Part shown: piece after piece, positions 1 to 9,605 of the stretch
Layout: every line of letters starts with the position of its first letter
Position numbering within the stretch: the stretch's first letter is position 1
Assembly: GCA_002763265.1 (NCBI GenBank)
Contig: PEZQ01000003.1
Coordinates: 19,761 to 83,760 of the forward strand
Length of the DNA: 64,000 bases
Reading direction: 5' to 3'
Source of the DNA: an archaeon CG10_big_fil_rev_8_21_14_0_10_43_11
GTDB lineage: Archaea > Nanobdellota > Nanobdellia > PEZQ01
Translations under genes and position numbers: made by a program
Notes under the pieces: generated by a model
Database searches by the model: none
What the model saw: only the letters and a program-made list of their open reading frames with translations
What the model was told of the DNA's origin: nothing

Positions 1-153
1 GAACTGGTGATAGCCGGGAAGCAGGAGTTCTGTTTTGTCAGTTTTTGTTTCCTGCAAGCACACAACATCAGGGTCATGTTTTTGAATTGAAGCGAGAAAA
101 CCTTTTTTGAGTGCTGAGCGAATTCCATTCACATTCCAGGACAGTAATTTCAT
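1..153 (-). CDS. xth: Exodeoxyribonuclease III (AP endonuclease) N-terminal fragment. The gene continues beyond the window start.
   Basis: The reverse-complement translation of 1-153 reads [44 protein letters not shown]. This matches the Xth/ExoIII N-terminus, including the N-x-G and QETK motifs. An ATG lies at about 153-151. Confidence 0.7.
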   Translation of the reverse strand, partial: MKLLSWNVNGIRSALKKGFLASIQKHDPDVVCLQETKTDKTELLLPGYHQF

Positions 154-205
154 ATGCTACACAAAAGAGGTCATTGCTTATTAATGATTTCTTTGGCTAA
201 CTACG

Positions 206-571
206 TTATTCCTGATAATATCCGGTGTTGCCAAGCGCAAGTGCGATTTCTGCTTTTTTTAATTCTTTTCCAAGATATGCCACATGCTCTTTTTGCGTGA
301 ACCATTCCTGTTTGTGCTGTTTTTCGTACTCAAAAATGGCGTGATACACGTCTTGTGCGCGCTTGCCTTTGAATACTTTGAGTATTTCATGCTCATAGTT
401 GGTAATTGCAACTTGGAGTTCATGGTATTCAAAATCAACTTTGATAAGCACGTAACAACCTTTGTCAAGCGTGAAATCTTTGTACGTGTCGTAGGGTACG
501 CATTCAATTATCTCAAACTCTTTGTGCAGGATTTTGTCACGAATCCACGCAGGCCTTTTTTTGTCTGTCAT
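206..571 (-). CDS. Hypothetical protein.
   Basis: 121-aa ORF with an ATG start and no competing ORF. No family recognised. Confidence 0.4.
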   Translation of the reverse strand: MTDKKRPAWIRDKILHKEFEIIECVPYDTYKDFTLDKGCYVLIKVDFEYHELQVAITNYEHEILKVFKGKRAQDVYHAIFEYEKQHKQEWFTQKEHVAYLGKELKKAEIALALGNTGYYQE

Positions 572-604
572 ACGTGAGTGTGAGTATGTTTGGTATTATT
601 TGTT

Positions 605-1087
605 TTACGCCACTGCAGAAAGCCAAATTCCGCTCATAGTTCCAATACTTGCAAGCGTAGTAAGAAGCGTTGAAGCAATCTCCTTATCATTCAAGGTTTT
701 TGGCGTTATTTGCAGGCCAGTATTATACATTTCAAGCCACGCCCATAAGTAGAGCGGAAAGGCAACAATAAAATGAACCGGTTCTAAGAACTTGACAAAA
801 AGAATTGCCTGAATGAAGGCTATACTCATGCCCAGCACATAATTTCTTGCTCGCGCTTTTGGTTTCCTGTAATCATCGCTTAAACCTTGGGCAAAACTAA
901 TTTCTAAGAGAATAATAAAAAACCACAACTGAAACAACTGTGGCTGAAAAATAGCAATAACACTCGCTACAAATAACGGGAAAAATATGAGGAAAAGTAT
1001 GTTTAGCTTGACAAAATTTGAGTGTCCGCGTTTTACTGCATGAAAAAAGGTAGTCCTGCTAATCACAAGGCCTACATGTGCACGCAT
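605..1087 (-). CDS. Integral membrane protein, unknown function.
   Basis: 160-aa ORF with an ATG start and several hydrophobic segments. Confidence 0.4.
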   Translation of the reverse strand: MRAHVGLVISRTTFFHAVKRGHSNFVKLNILFLIFFPLFVASVIAIFQPQLFQLWFFIILLEISFAQGLSDDYRKPKARARNYVLGMSIAFIQAILFVKFLEPVHFIVAFPLYLWAWLEMYNTGLQITPKTLNDKEIASTLLTTLASIGTMSGIWLSAVA

Positions 1088-1163
1088 GTAATAAACGTTT
1101 TTCCCCTTTAAACGCTAAAACTTATAACACGCGAGTGCAACTATACGTGTATGGGCGCGGAGA

Positions 1164-2324
1164 TTGTTGGTTTTCTTATTATTCTTGGTTCAGGGCTTTT
1201 CTTTTTCGGAATTGTTTAGAAAACTTCACTTGCCCTATGTTATCGCGCTTATTCTTGCAGGAATCATAGTAGGACCGTTTGGCTTTGATATTATTGAGCC
1301 TGATGCGGTTGTTGTATTCTTGAGTTCTGTTGGTGTGTTGTTTCTCATGTTTATTGCGGGAAGTGAGATTACTTCAAAAACTCTCAAAGAAACAAGCAAG
1401 AGCATTGCTTTTCTTGCCTTACTCAATAGTGTAGTTCCGTTTTTTGTTGGTATGGGAATCGCGCTCTTTTTTGGTTTTAATATTCCTACTGCGCTTATTC
1501 TTGGCGTGACGTTCATGTCGTCATCTGTTGCGGTTATTATTCCTTCACTACAGTCTCAGGGATTGGTAAACACCAAGCTTGGCAGGAGTATTATTACATC
1601 AACTGTTTTTGAGGATTTTGGGAGTTTGCTTCTTGTGGGCTTTATTCTTCAGGCGTTCAAGCCGCAATCAGCAATCCCGCTTTTTGCCTACATCCCGGTT
1701 GTGCTCTTGTTTATTGCGCTTCTTAAAATTATTATTCCCCGCCTTGAAGAATCGTATCACGCAGATAAGACGGGTCAGGATTTATTTGAGAGCAAGCTTC
1801 GTTTCACGTTTGTTGTGCTTCTTGCAAGCGTGCTCTTGTTTGAAGTGCTGGGCATGCATGCGATTGTTGCAGGTTTCGTGATTGGTTTGTTATTATCTGA
1901 TTCAATTCAGGGAAAAATCAGGGATAAAATTAGAACCATTAGCTATGGTATTTTTATTCCTGTGTTCTTTTTTATGATTGGCGTGCAGACTGATTTGAGC
2001 GTGTTTGTGTTGCCACAATCAGTTACATTTACCGTGTGCGTTGTGTTTGGACTTGTTATTTCAAAATCAGTAAGCGGCTGGGTTGGGGGTGTGATTTCTG
2101 GTTTTTCAAAGCGCGAGAGCATTCTTATCGCGTTTTCAACAATACCTCAATTATCAACTACGCTTGCTGTTGCGTATAGCGCGCTCGCGTTTGATATCAT
2201 TAATGTGGATATTGTTGCAACGCTTGTTATTCTTACTATTGTAACAACCCTTGGCTCACCGCTTCTCATAAAACTCTACAATGATGTGCTTCGAGAGAAA
2301 CCGGAAAAAACACAAACTAGCTAA
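1164..2324 (+). CDS. Cation:proton antiporter of the CPA2 family (NapA/KefB-like Na+/H+ exchanger).
   Basis: Polytopic membrane protein with the N-terminal signature LPYVIALILAGIIVGPFG and FIAGSEI. The track start is a TTG and the first in-frame ATG lies inside TM1, so the true start is uncertain. Confidence 0.8.
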   Translation: MLVFLLFLVQGFSFSELFRKLHLPYVIALILAGIIVGPFGFDIIEPDAVVVFLSSVGVLFLMFIAGSEITSKTLKETSKSIAFLALLNSVVPFFVGMGIALFFGFNIPTALILGVTFMSSSVAVIIPSLQSQGLVNTKLGRSIITSTVFEDFGSLLLVGFILQAFKPQSAIPLFAYIPVVLLFIALLKIIIPRLEESYHADKTGQDLFESKLRFTFVVLLASVLLFEVLGMHAIVAGFVIGLLLSDSIQGKIRDKIRTISYGIFIPVFFFMIGVQTDLSVFVLPQSVTFTVCVVFGLVISKSVSGWVGGVISGFSKRESILIAFSTIPQLSTTLAVAYSALAFDIINVDIVATLVILTIVTTLGSPLLIKLYNDVLREKPEKTQTS

Positions 2325-2811
2325 TGAACTCTTTCATTTGTTCAAGCAATCCTTGAACCTGAGTTTTAATGTGTTCTGGTTTAAAATTGTTAACCTCTGA
2401 CACGTGAACTGCACGCTGGAGCGGAATTGCTTTGAGCGCAACAATTACTTGGCGCAATTGTTCTGTCATGCGCGTGCCTCCCCACGGACCGTCTGATACG
2501 CTGCAAATTCCAAACACTTTTTTTTCGTATTGGTCATAGAGCTGGTCGAGAAATAGTTTTAATTCGCCGGGATAGCCGTGATTGTATTCAGGACTTACAA
2601 TTATGATGCCGTCTGCTTTGTTGAGAATCTTTTCCCACTTCTTTGCATACCTGTTTTTTTCGCTGTTATCTGTTGCTCTCAAAGGATAAGCATTTACATC
2701 AACAAGGATTGTTTCAACTCCTGTTGTTTTCATGTGTTCAACCACTGCGTTTGCAACAGCTTCACTTTTTCTGCCTTTGCGTGCCGTGCCAAGAACAACT
2801 GGAATAAACAT
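2317..2811 (-). CDS. NAD(P)H-dependent FMN reductase with a flavodoxin-like fold.
   Basis: GTARKGRKSE phosphate loop and IIIVSPEYNHGYPG motif typical of the SsuE/ArsH FMN reductase family. Confidence 0.75.
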   Translation of the reverse strand: MFIPVVLGTARKGRKSEAVANAVVEHMKTTGVETILVDVNAYPLRATDNSEKNRYAKKWEKILNKADGIIIVSPEYNHGYPGELKLFLDQLYDQYEKKVFGICSVSDGPWGGTRMTEQLRQVIVALKAIPLQRAVHVSEVNNFKPEHIKTQVQGLLEQMKEFIS

Positions 2812-2898
2812 ATTCTTATCTGCTCAAGAGCGCGTTAAAAAAATATCGGATGGGGGCATGGAAATTGATATTAATACGTTAAGCAGTCTAAAAATGTT

Positions 2899-3366
2899 AT
2901 GTCAACCCTTGAGCAACAATTACGCACTCTTCGCGAAAAAGAAAGCAAACTTCTTGAACAGCTTAAAGAAGAGAACAAGAAAAAAACGATTGGCTGCGCC
3001 TCCTGTGACAACCAACATGAAATTGGCAGGCTCACTGCTATCCAAACACATTACTACGACCGGGCGTATGACGCATCAAGCCAAGGAGAACTACGTTTTG
3101 TTTGTCCAGAAACACGTGTTGAAAATCGAATACTCTTTGATATAGATGATAACTACCGACAAAGTCCTTTAGAACAATTTAAGAACACGTACAAATCATT
3201 GTTCAAACAGGTAATCCATAGGCAGATAGATAACTGCGATAACACTCAGGGTGATTGGGAAGAAAAACACGCTAAAACAGTAAACAATTATTACATAGAT
3301 AAAAACCCTGAACTATTTGGACTTGACGTAAAGAAAAAATGTGACTGCTGTGGAAACATAGCGTAG
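2899..3366 (+). CDS. Hypothetical Cys-containing protein, possibly a zinc ribbon.
   Basis: 155-aa ORF carrying CASCDN, FVCPE and CDCCGN clusters, with a coiled-coil N-terminus. Confidence 0.4.
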   Translation: MSTLEQQLRTLREKESKLLEQLKEENKKKTIGCASCDNQHEIGRLTAIQTHYYDRAYDASSQGELRFVCPETRVENRILFDIDDNYRQSPLEQFKNTYKSLFKQVIHRQIDNCDNTQGDWEEKHAKTVNNYYIDKNPELFGLDVKKKCDCCGNIA

Positions 3367-3497
3367 TCACAACACTTAAAAAAGATGGAGTAATACTATT
3401 CTTCACTATGTCAGGTGAATACCTTCCGCGCAAGCACTAATTCACCTATTCTTAAATATCTAAAACACCTTGATAATCCAGTGCGAGGTTTGTTACA

Positions 3498-4931
3498 ATG
3501 AGCAAACAAGAAGGAATAACCGTAAAACGAGAAGAAAACTGGGACAAATGGTACCCACAAATATGTCTAAAAGCCGAGCTGATGGATTACTCCCCCGTCA
3601 GCGGTTGTTATATCCTTCGCCCGAGAGGCTACTACCTGTGGGAAGCACTCCAAACCTATCTTGACGCGGCATTTAAGAAATCAGGCGTGCAAAACGCGTA
3701 CTTTCCTTTATTTATCCCAGAAAGCCTGCTCAAAAAAGAAGCAGAACACGTTGAAGGTTTCACACCAGAAGTGGCATGGGTAACGCACGCAGGAAACTCA
3801 AAACTACCCGAACGACTTGCAATTAGACCAACAAGCGAAACTATCATGTACAACAGCTACAAAGAATGGATTCGCTCACACCGCGACCTGCCGCTCAGGC
3901 TTAACCAATGGAACAATGTAGTACGCTGGGAATTCAAAAATCCCGTGCTCCTCATGCGCTACCGCGAATTTTTGTGGCAAGAGGGACACACCGTATTTGC
4001 AACCAAACAAGAAGCCGATGCGGAAGTGAGGGAAATGCTTGAAATCTATCGCAAAGCCTATGAAGACGTGCTTGCACTTCCCATGTACGCGGGCATGAAA
4101 ACCGATTACGAAAAATTTCCTGGGGCAGACTACACAACAAGCGTTGAAATCTTCTTGCCAAACGGTCGCGGCGTGCAAGCAGCAACCTCACACCATTTGG
4201 GTCAGCGCTTTGCAAAAGCATTTGACATCACGTTCAAAGATGAGAGCGGCAAACAGGTATATCCCTACCAAAACTCGTGGGGCTTTGCAACCCGTGCGCT
4301 TGGCATTGTTGCATTTATGCACAGCGATGACAAAGGATTAGTATTACCCCCACGCGCAGCAGAAAAACAAATCGTGATAGTGCCGATTTTCAATGCAGAC
4401 AACAAAGAAATCGTGTTAAAGGAAGCAGGCAAACTTGCAAAAAAACTCTCAGAATTCAGAGTATTTATTGATGACCGAGAAGGATACACACCGGGTTGGA
4501 AGTTCAATGAATGGGAGCTTAAAGGCCTACCCCTTCGCATTGAGATAGGCATGCGCGATATTCAAAACAAGAGTGCTGTTGCGGTTAAAAGAAATGATGG
4601 AAAAAAACAAACCGTCAAAATGGTGAGCATAGCAAAAGACACAGAATGCCTGCTTGACACTATACATGCTGAGCTCTTGGAGAATGCGTGGAAAAAAATG
4701 CATTTAGTGATGGTGGAAGTAAACACAGTCACTGATTTGAAAAAAGCGCTTGCAAACAAGAAAGTGGGCGTTGCAGGATGGTGCGGAGAAACTGACTGTG
4801 AAGTAGCGCTTAAAGAAAAAATCGGTGCGCGCTCATCAAACTATGCATTTAACAAAGAACCCATAAATACGAGCTGCATTGTGTGCAAAAAACCTGCAAA
4901 ACACGTTATGCGCTTTGCAAAATACTATTAG
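3498..4931 (+). CDS. proS: Prolyl-tRNA synthetase, archaeal/eukaryotic type.
   Basis: Class II aaRS motifs, an anticodon-binding domain and a C-terminal zinc-binding extension ending in ...RFAKYY, as in archaeal-type ProRS. Starts at ATG. Confidence 0.92.
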   Translation: MSKQEGITVKREENWDKWYPQICLKAELMDYSPVSGCYILRPRGYYLWEALQTYLDAAFKKSGVQNAYFPLFIPESLLKKEAEHVEGFTPEVAWVTHAGNSKLPERLAIRPTSETIMYNSYKEWIRSHRDLPLRLNQWNNVVRWEFKNPVLLMRYREFLWQEGHTVFATKQEADAEVREMLEIYRKAYEDVLALPMYAGMKTDYEKFPGADYTTSVEIFLPNGRGVQAATSHHLGQRFAKAFDITFKDESGKQVYPYQNSWGFATRALGIVAFMHSDDKGLVLPPRAAEKQIVIVPIFNADNKEIVLKEAGKLAKKLSEFRVFIDDREGYTPGWKFNEWELKGLPLRIEIGMRDIQNKSAVAVKRNDGKKQTVKMVSIAKDTECLLDTIHAELLENAWKKMHLVMVEVNTVTDLKKALANKKVGVAGWCGETDCEVALKEKIGARSSNYAFNKEPINTSCIVCKKPAKHVMRFAKYY

Positions 4932-4975
4932 AAAGAGTTTTATATTTTTTTTTCTCTTTTTTTTCTTATTATGCG
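4932..4975 (+). terminator. Oligo-T tract after proS, a candidate archaeal intrinsic terminator.
   Basis: The sequence ttttatattttttttctcttttttttctt lies immediately after the proS stop. Confidence 0.4.
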
Positions 4976-5327
4976 CGTTATTGGTATCAGTGTTACGACA
5001 AAAAACCAACCTTTTGAAAAAATACAGCCCGCACTAGAACACGTTGCCAAAAAAGAGTATGGTGCAGTACTTGCACACGCATTCATGCCACTTGATGAAA
5101 TTCTAAAACAAGGATTTGACCCAATACTTAGAAACACGCTTGACACGCTTTTTCCAAAGCAAGTCACCTTTTACCATAACGGTCCAAAACGCGCAGACCT
5201 CGCTGAATTTCTGGAACTCAACAACGCAACAGCTTACATAATTGGCAACATCATCGGTGGCGTAAAAGAAGAATACGAGATATATCAAACACGAGAAATC
5301 AAAACACAACGCGTACCACTTGTATAA
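4971..5327 (+). CDS. Hypothetical protein.
   Basis: 118-aa ORF starting at ATG. No family recognised. Confidence 0.35.
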   Translation: MRVIGISVTTKNQPFEKIQPALEHVAKKEYGAVLAHAFMPLDEILKQGFDPILRNTLDTLFPKQVTFYHNGPKRADLAEFLELNNATAYIIGNIIGGVKEEYEIYQTREIKTQRVPLV

Positions 5328-5401
5328 CTATGCACTAGCAAGAATCACACAACACCTTTTCTTAAGAAGAAAAGCTGTGCCAAAAGAAAAAGAACGTAAA
5401 A

Positions 5402-5474
5402 TAGCCCTGCCAGGATTCGAACCTGGGTCGCAAGGTTCAGAGCCTCGCATGCTTGGCCACTACACTACAGGGCT
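5402..5474 (-). tRNA. tRNA-Gln with anticodon CUG.
   Basis: The reverse complement folds as a cloverleaf. The acceptor stem is AGCCCUG/CAGGGCU, the anticodon stem CGAGG/CCUUG, the anticodon loop CUCUGAA and the T-arm CCAGG-UUCGAAU-CCUGG. No CCA is encoded. Confidence 0.85.
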
Positions 5475-5531
5475 AGTGATTTGCAGAGTGTTATATGGGG
5501 TGGTCTATTAAAAGGTTTTTGAAAGCCAAGT

Positions 5532-6446
5532 TTACGAGGGTATTCTTGTAATCCACTTTTGGTGTGCATCATTGTTGCCAAGCACCGTTTCAAAATAGCT
5601 TGCTTGCAATTGTTGCGTGATAGGCCCAATGTTTCCACTCCCGATTTGCATGCGATCAACAAAACCAATGCCAGCAACTTCTCCTGCTGTACCCGTAAAG
5701 AATGCTTCATCCGCAATGTAGACCTCGCTTCGTGCAATGGTTCGTTCAAGAACATCAAATCCCTTTTCTTTTGCAAGCGTAACAATCGAGTCCCGGGTTA
5801 TTCCTGCAAGAATTGGTGCAGAAAGCGGGGGTGTGATGATGGTTTGGTCTTTTACCATAAAGAAGTTTTCCGCGCTTCCTTCGCACACGTAACCGTGTTC
5901 GTCAAGCAAAAGTGCTTCATCAAAACCATTAAGCACTGCTTCTTGTTTTGCAAGAATGCTATTTACATAGTTCCCGCCTGCTTTTGCTTTGAGGGGTTGT
6001 GCTGATTGGCTTAGTTTTCGCCATGAACTGACCGTAACGTGTTGCGGTTTTTCAGTATTCAAGTATTTGCCAAGAGGCATGGCAATAATTGCTGTACTCA
6101 CTGGAGACTTAAGAGGGTTGAGTCCAAAAACGCCGTAATCGCGAAAATGGATGGGACGAATGTAAATGCCTGTTTTGAACTTGTTTTCTTGTACAACACG
6201 CACGGATGCAGAAAAGAGGTCATCAAGAGTGTATGGTGTTTTCATGTGATACATTTTTGCTGAATCCTCTAATCGCTTGAGATGCTCTTCTAAACGAAAC
6301 ACAAGAATGTCATCATCTTTGTGATATCCCCTAATCCCTTCAAACACGCTGGTTCCGTAGTGAAGCGCGTGAGCCCACACGTGTACGCGCGCATCATCCC
6401 ATGCAACAAGATTGCCATTAAACCAGAGGTAGTCTGCTTTTTCCAT
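5532..6446 (-). CDS. ilvE: Branched-chain amino acid aminotransferase (fold-type IV PLP enzyme).
   Basis: Full-length similarity to the IlvE pattern (YLWFNGNLV, GTSVFEG, GGNY, EGSAENFF, ITPP). Confidence 0.88.
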   Translation of the reverse strand: MEKADYLWFNGNLVAWDDARVHVWAHALHYGTSVFEGIRGYHKDDDILVFRLEEHLKRLEDSAKMYHMKTPYTLDDLFSASVRVVQENKFKTGIYIRPIHFRDYGVFGLNPLKSPVSTAIIAMPLGKYLNTEKPQHVTVSSWRKLSQSAQPLKAKAGGNYVNSILAKQEAVLNGFDEALLLDEHGYVCEGSAENFFMVKDQTIITPPLSAPILAGITRDSIVTLAKEKGFDVLERTIARSEVYIADEAFFTGTAGEVAGIGFVDRMQIGSGNIGPITQQLQASYFETVLGNNDAHQKWITRIPS

Positions 6447-6573
6447 ATTCGTTTCTTGCTTGGCGTGTTAATAAACATTATCCGGCACAAAAATAACAAA
6501 ACACAGAAGATAAAATAGGAATACTGAAGCATCATAATCATTTTTAATAAGAAATAAAAAGAAATGTAGCATA

Positions 6574-7398
6574 ATGAATCTCATATCAAATCTGACATTT
6601 TCAATTTTTAATGTACTGCAAGAACGGGCATTAGTTTCAGCGCAGGAAAAAAACATAGGAATGCGGCCCGTGCTTAATTACGCGCCAAAGCCCATGCTTG
6701 CAAATTTTGTGAAAACGCCGCTCTTTCATCCTCAAGAAATGATACATAAAAAGTATGGTAAGGATGTTCTCCATCAGGATTGGATGAATTATTTTTCATT
6801 TGGCACGTATGAAAAAATAACCAAGCCACTCACGCGCTTTGACCGCTCAAACCCCTATTATCAGGTGTGGAGTGGGTGTTACATGATAAAAAGCAGGTCA
6901 CAAAAGGCATATGGGTTTGACGGGGACACGCCTGTTTTTGAAGACTTGGTTATGATTCCTGAAGCAGACCAGTCAACATGGATTAATGCGCTTACTGGCA
7001 TCAAACAACCTTTGTTTGATGTGTATAATGTAACAGAATTAAATAAATCACTCCACGAGAAAAGTTTAGCAAATTATTTTTTTAAGATAGACACAAACAG
7101 TGATGTTGTAGTTTCAGAAAACAGCGAATGGTATTGGAGATTATTGCTTTCTGGAAAAAAAACGCAAACACCACATCCAAAAAGAGTAACGCTCAGCACT
7201 ATCATGACTGTTTTTAAAAAAGATAACGTACTTATCATGCCCTATGGCTGCAGTATAGAAGAGCAGTGGGATGCGGTTGGTACTGAGTTAAAAAAAATGA
7301 TGAAAAGCATCAGTCTTGAGGCAGTAGTGGAAAAACCATCACTTCTTCCCTGGAATTATTTAAGCAACGCACTATTACGAAAAAGTGGGGTTGCATAA
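6574..7398 (+). CDS. Hypothetical protein.
   Basis: 274-aa ORF with an ATG start. No family recognised. Confidence 0.4.
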   Translation: MNLISNLTFSIFNVLQERALVSAQEKNIGMRPVLNYAPKPMLANFVKTPLFHPQEMIHKKYGKDVLHQDWMNYFSFGTYEKITKPLTRFDRSNPYYQVWSGCYMIKSRSQKAYGFDGDTPVFEDLVMIPEADQSTWINALTGIKQPLFDVYNVTELNKSLHEKSLANYFFKIDTNSDVVVSENSEWYWRLLLSGKKTQTPHPKRVTLSTIMTVFKKDNVLIMPYGCSIEEQWDAVGTELKKMMKSISLEAVVEKPSLLPWNYLSNALLRKSGVA

Positions 7399-7456
7399 AA
7401 ACGCGCACCATAAAGAAGCAAAGCGCATATAAGTCTCTAATTGGGGTAGTGAAAGT

Positions 7457-8029
7457 ATGAAGAAAGTGCTTATTATTATTGGCCATCCCCAGCATGAGAG
7501 TTTTTCTCACACGCTTGCGCGCGCGTATAAAAAAGGAGCGCAAAGCGCGCACGCATCGGTGCGCATCATTGATGTGCGAACGCTTGAATTTGACCCGGTC
7601 TTATGGGAAGGTTATGGCGGTACGCAAGTGTTTGAACATGATTTGGAAGCAGCACAAGCACACATCACCTGGGCTGACCACATTGTGTTTGTCTACCCAA
7701 CGTGGTGGGGTGGTTTGCCTGCTCTTTTGAAGGGTTTTGTTGAGCGCGTTTTCTTGCCGGGTTTTGCATTCAAATATGAGAAAGGCAGCGGGCATAAAGA
7801 ATTGCTTGCCAGAAAAAGTGCGCGCATTATCACAACCGCGTACGAAGCCGTAAACTGGGTTGAGAAGATGCGTGCAAATGGGCATAAAGTCTTCAAATAT
7901 GACGTGCTCGAGTTTTGCGGTATGAAACCAGTGCATATGAGTTATATCGCGCCTGAAGGAAAGCCGGAGAGTGATATGCGCGCGTATTGGCAAAAACATG
8001 TGGAACGATTGGGCGCAAAGCTTGCATAA
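7457..8029 (+). CDS. NAD(P)H:quinone oxidoreductase of the Flavodoxin_2 family.
   Basis: VLIIIGHPQHESFSH and VFVYPTWWGGLPALLKG motifs. Confidence 0.75.
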   Translation: MKKVLIIIGHPQHESFSHTLARAYKKGAQSAHASVRIIDVRTLEFDPVLWEGYGGTQVFEHDLEAAQAHITWADHIVFVYPTWWGGLPALLKGFVERVFLPGFAFKYEKGSGHKELLARKSARIITTAYEAVNWVEKMRANGHKVFKYDVLEFCGMKPVHMSYIAPEGKPESDMRAYWQKHVERLGAKLA

Positions 8030-8063
8030 GCAGTAACATCCTTGTTTTTTAGAAATGAATAGA

Positions 8064-8903
8064 TTATTCAAATACTATTAGTGGCACGTTGCACGCGCTC
8101 CGATCTTTTTTTATAACGCCATCAAAAACAATGTCTGCAGGTCCAAGAAGAATAGGATTTTGCGTGCAATCAACTACAAGAGGTCCGCCCCTTGTTATGA
8201 CCGTAAGCGTGTTTTGCATGTTTCGTGCGATAACTGCTGCAATTGTGCACGCAGTGGCACCTGTTCCGCATGAGAGTGTTTCTGCTTCAACACCGCGTTC
8301 AAAGGTTCTGATACGAATCATAGTCTCATTAACAACATGTACCAAGTTCACGTTCACGCGTGTCTCAGGCAGGTTTTGAAGTGTGCGAATATGCGCAGCG
8401 CACGCATGAAGGTTGAATTGGTCTACATCAGGCACAAACATGACCACGTGCGGTTCTCCGCTGTTAACAAACACGCAATCATATTCATGTCCTTCAAAGT
8501 GAAAGGTAAATGAAAACACGTTGCGTGGCGCACCCATATCAACTTGAAAAAGGTCTTCTACGCGTAACACTTCTTTGATGCCTGCTCTGGTTTCAATACG
8601 CACATTTGGTCCAAAACCTTTTCTTTCGATAAGGTAGCGTGCAACGCAGCGAATCCCGTTTCCGCACATGTCAGACTGGGAGCCGTCGCGTTCAAGCACG
8701 ACCATTTTTGCGTCAGCAACATCTGATGGCTGAATAAGGAGAACTTGGTCTGCACCAATGCCAAAGTGTCGGTCGCATAATTTATGCAGGTTTGCATAGT
8801 GGTCGGTATTCAATTCAAGAATGATAAAATCATTTCCGCATCCTTGCATTTTTGTGAACGGGATATCGGGAGGCTCATCTTCAGCGGATACCGTGGCATT
8901 CAT
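8064..8903 (-). CDS. dapF: Diaminopimelate epimerase.
   Basis: FTKMQGCGNDFII, CGNGIRC and SCGTGA catalytic cysteine motifs. It has an N-terminal extension of about 13 aa relative to a canonical start. Confidence 0.9.
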   Translation of the reverse strand: MNATVSAEDEPPDIPFTKMQGCGNDFIILELNTDHYANLHKLCDRHFGIGADQVLLIQPSDVADAKMVVLERDGSQSDMCGNGIRCVARYLIERKGFGPNVRIETRAGIKEVLRVEDLFQVDMGAPRNVFSFTFHFEGHEYDCVFVNSGEPHVVMFVPDVDQFNLHACAAHIRTLQNLPETRVNVNLVHVVNETMIRIRTFERGVEAETLSCGTGATACTIAAVIARNMQNTLTVITRGGPLVVDCTQNPILLGPADIVFDGVIKKDRSACNVPLIVFE

Positions 8904-8993
8904 CGTATGGTTAACAGGAACTCATGTGTTTTGTTCTAAGTTAATTGCGACTAAGTATTTAAACGTTGCATTTGTCTCTCTTTTGACGTGTTC

Positions 8994-9064
8994 GCGCTGG
9001 TAGTCCAGTGGCAGGATTCGACCCTCCCAAGGTCGCGACCCGGGTTCAAATCCCGGCCGGCGCA
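8994..9064 (+). tRNA. tRNA-Gly with anticodon CCC.
   Basis: The acceptor stem GCGCUGG/CCGGCGC contains one G-U pair. The anticodon stem is CGACC/GGUCG with loop CUCCCAA, and the T-arm is CCGGG-UUCAAAU-CCCGG. Discriminator is A and no CCA is encoded. Confidence 0.85.
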
Positions 9065-9134
9065 TAGATTCACCACATAAGCATAGTTATTTTGGTATCA
9101 AAGCATTTAAGATTCTTTAACAAGTACCTAACTA

Positions 9135-9572
9135 ATGATGAAGCCAGTTACACTTGTCTCGCGCGTAATACATGAATACGCGTTTTATGGAATGTTTGTT
9201 GTTTGCTTACTTCTTGTTTTGTTCGCTGTTTTGCTTGGCATGTCGTTTGTAGCTGCACTCGTGTTCGTGCTTGGCCTGCCCATAAGCATGTACGCTAACA
9301 AGTATCTTAAAAACGCGTTTAAAACAAGCAGACCCCGAAACACACCCCAAACCATGGACTATTCATTTCCAAGCAATCACACGCAAACGGTAACCTACGT
9401 GCTCGTGTTTCTTGGCGTGCACGCACCATTTACCCTTGTGTTCACCCTTCCGCTTTTTATTGCACTTGTGTTTCATCGCCTTCAGGGAAAACACCACCAT
9501 CTTCAAGATATTATTGGAGGCGTGCTTTTTGGAAGCATAATCGCGTTTTTTCTCACTTTCCTCGCGCCGTAA
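9135..9572 (+). CDS. PAP2-family membrane phosphatase, a phosphatidic acid phosphatase type 2 domain.
   Basis: All three PAP2 motifs are present: KNAFKTSRP (KxxxxxxRP), PSNH (PSGH) and HRLQGKHHHLQD (SRxxxxxHxxxD). Confidence 0.7.
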   Translation: MMKPVTLVSRVIHEYAFYGMFVVCLLLVLFAVLLGMSFVAALVFVLGLPISMYANKYLKNAFKTSRPRNTPQTMDYSFPSNHTQTVTYVLVFLGVHAPFTLVFTLPLFIALVFHRLQGKHHHLQDIIGGVLFGSIIAFFLTFLAP

Positions 9573-9605
9573 TCTATTAAATTGCTCTGAGCATATTCAA
9601 TAGTT

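Noticed and set aside
2732-3145. 137-aa plus-strand ORF.
   Set aside because: It overlaps the FMN reductase gene antisense and the better-supported Cys-motif ORF at 2899..3366 in another frame.
3876-4552. Several antisense ORFs of 89-100 aa inside proS.
   Set aside because: They lie within a confidently identified aminoacyl-tRNA synthetase gene and are typical shadow ORFs.
5320-5511. 63-aa plus-strand ORF.
   Set aside because: It lies entirely across the minus-strand tRNA-Gln gene and its promoter, so it is a shadow ORF.
8821-9003. 60-aa plus-strand ORF.
   Set aside because: It overlaps the dapF start region and runs into the tRNA-Gly 5' end. It has no independent support.
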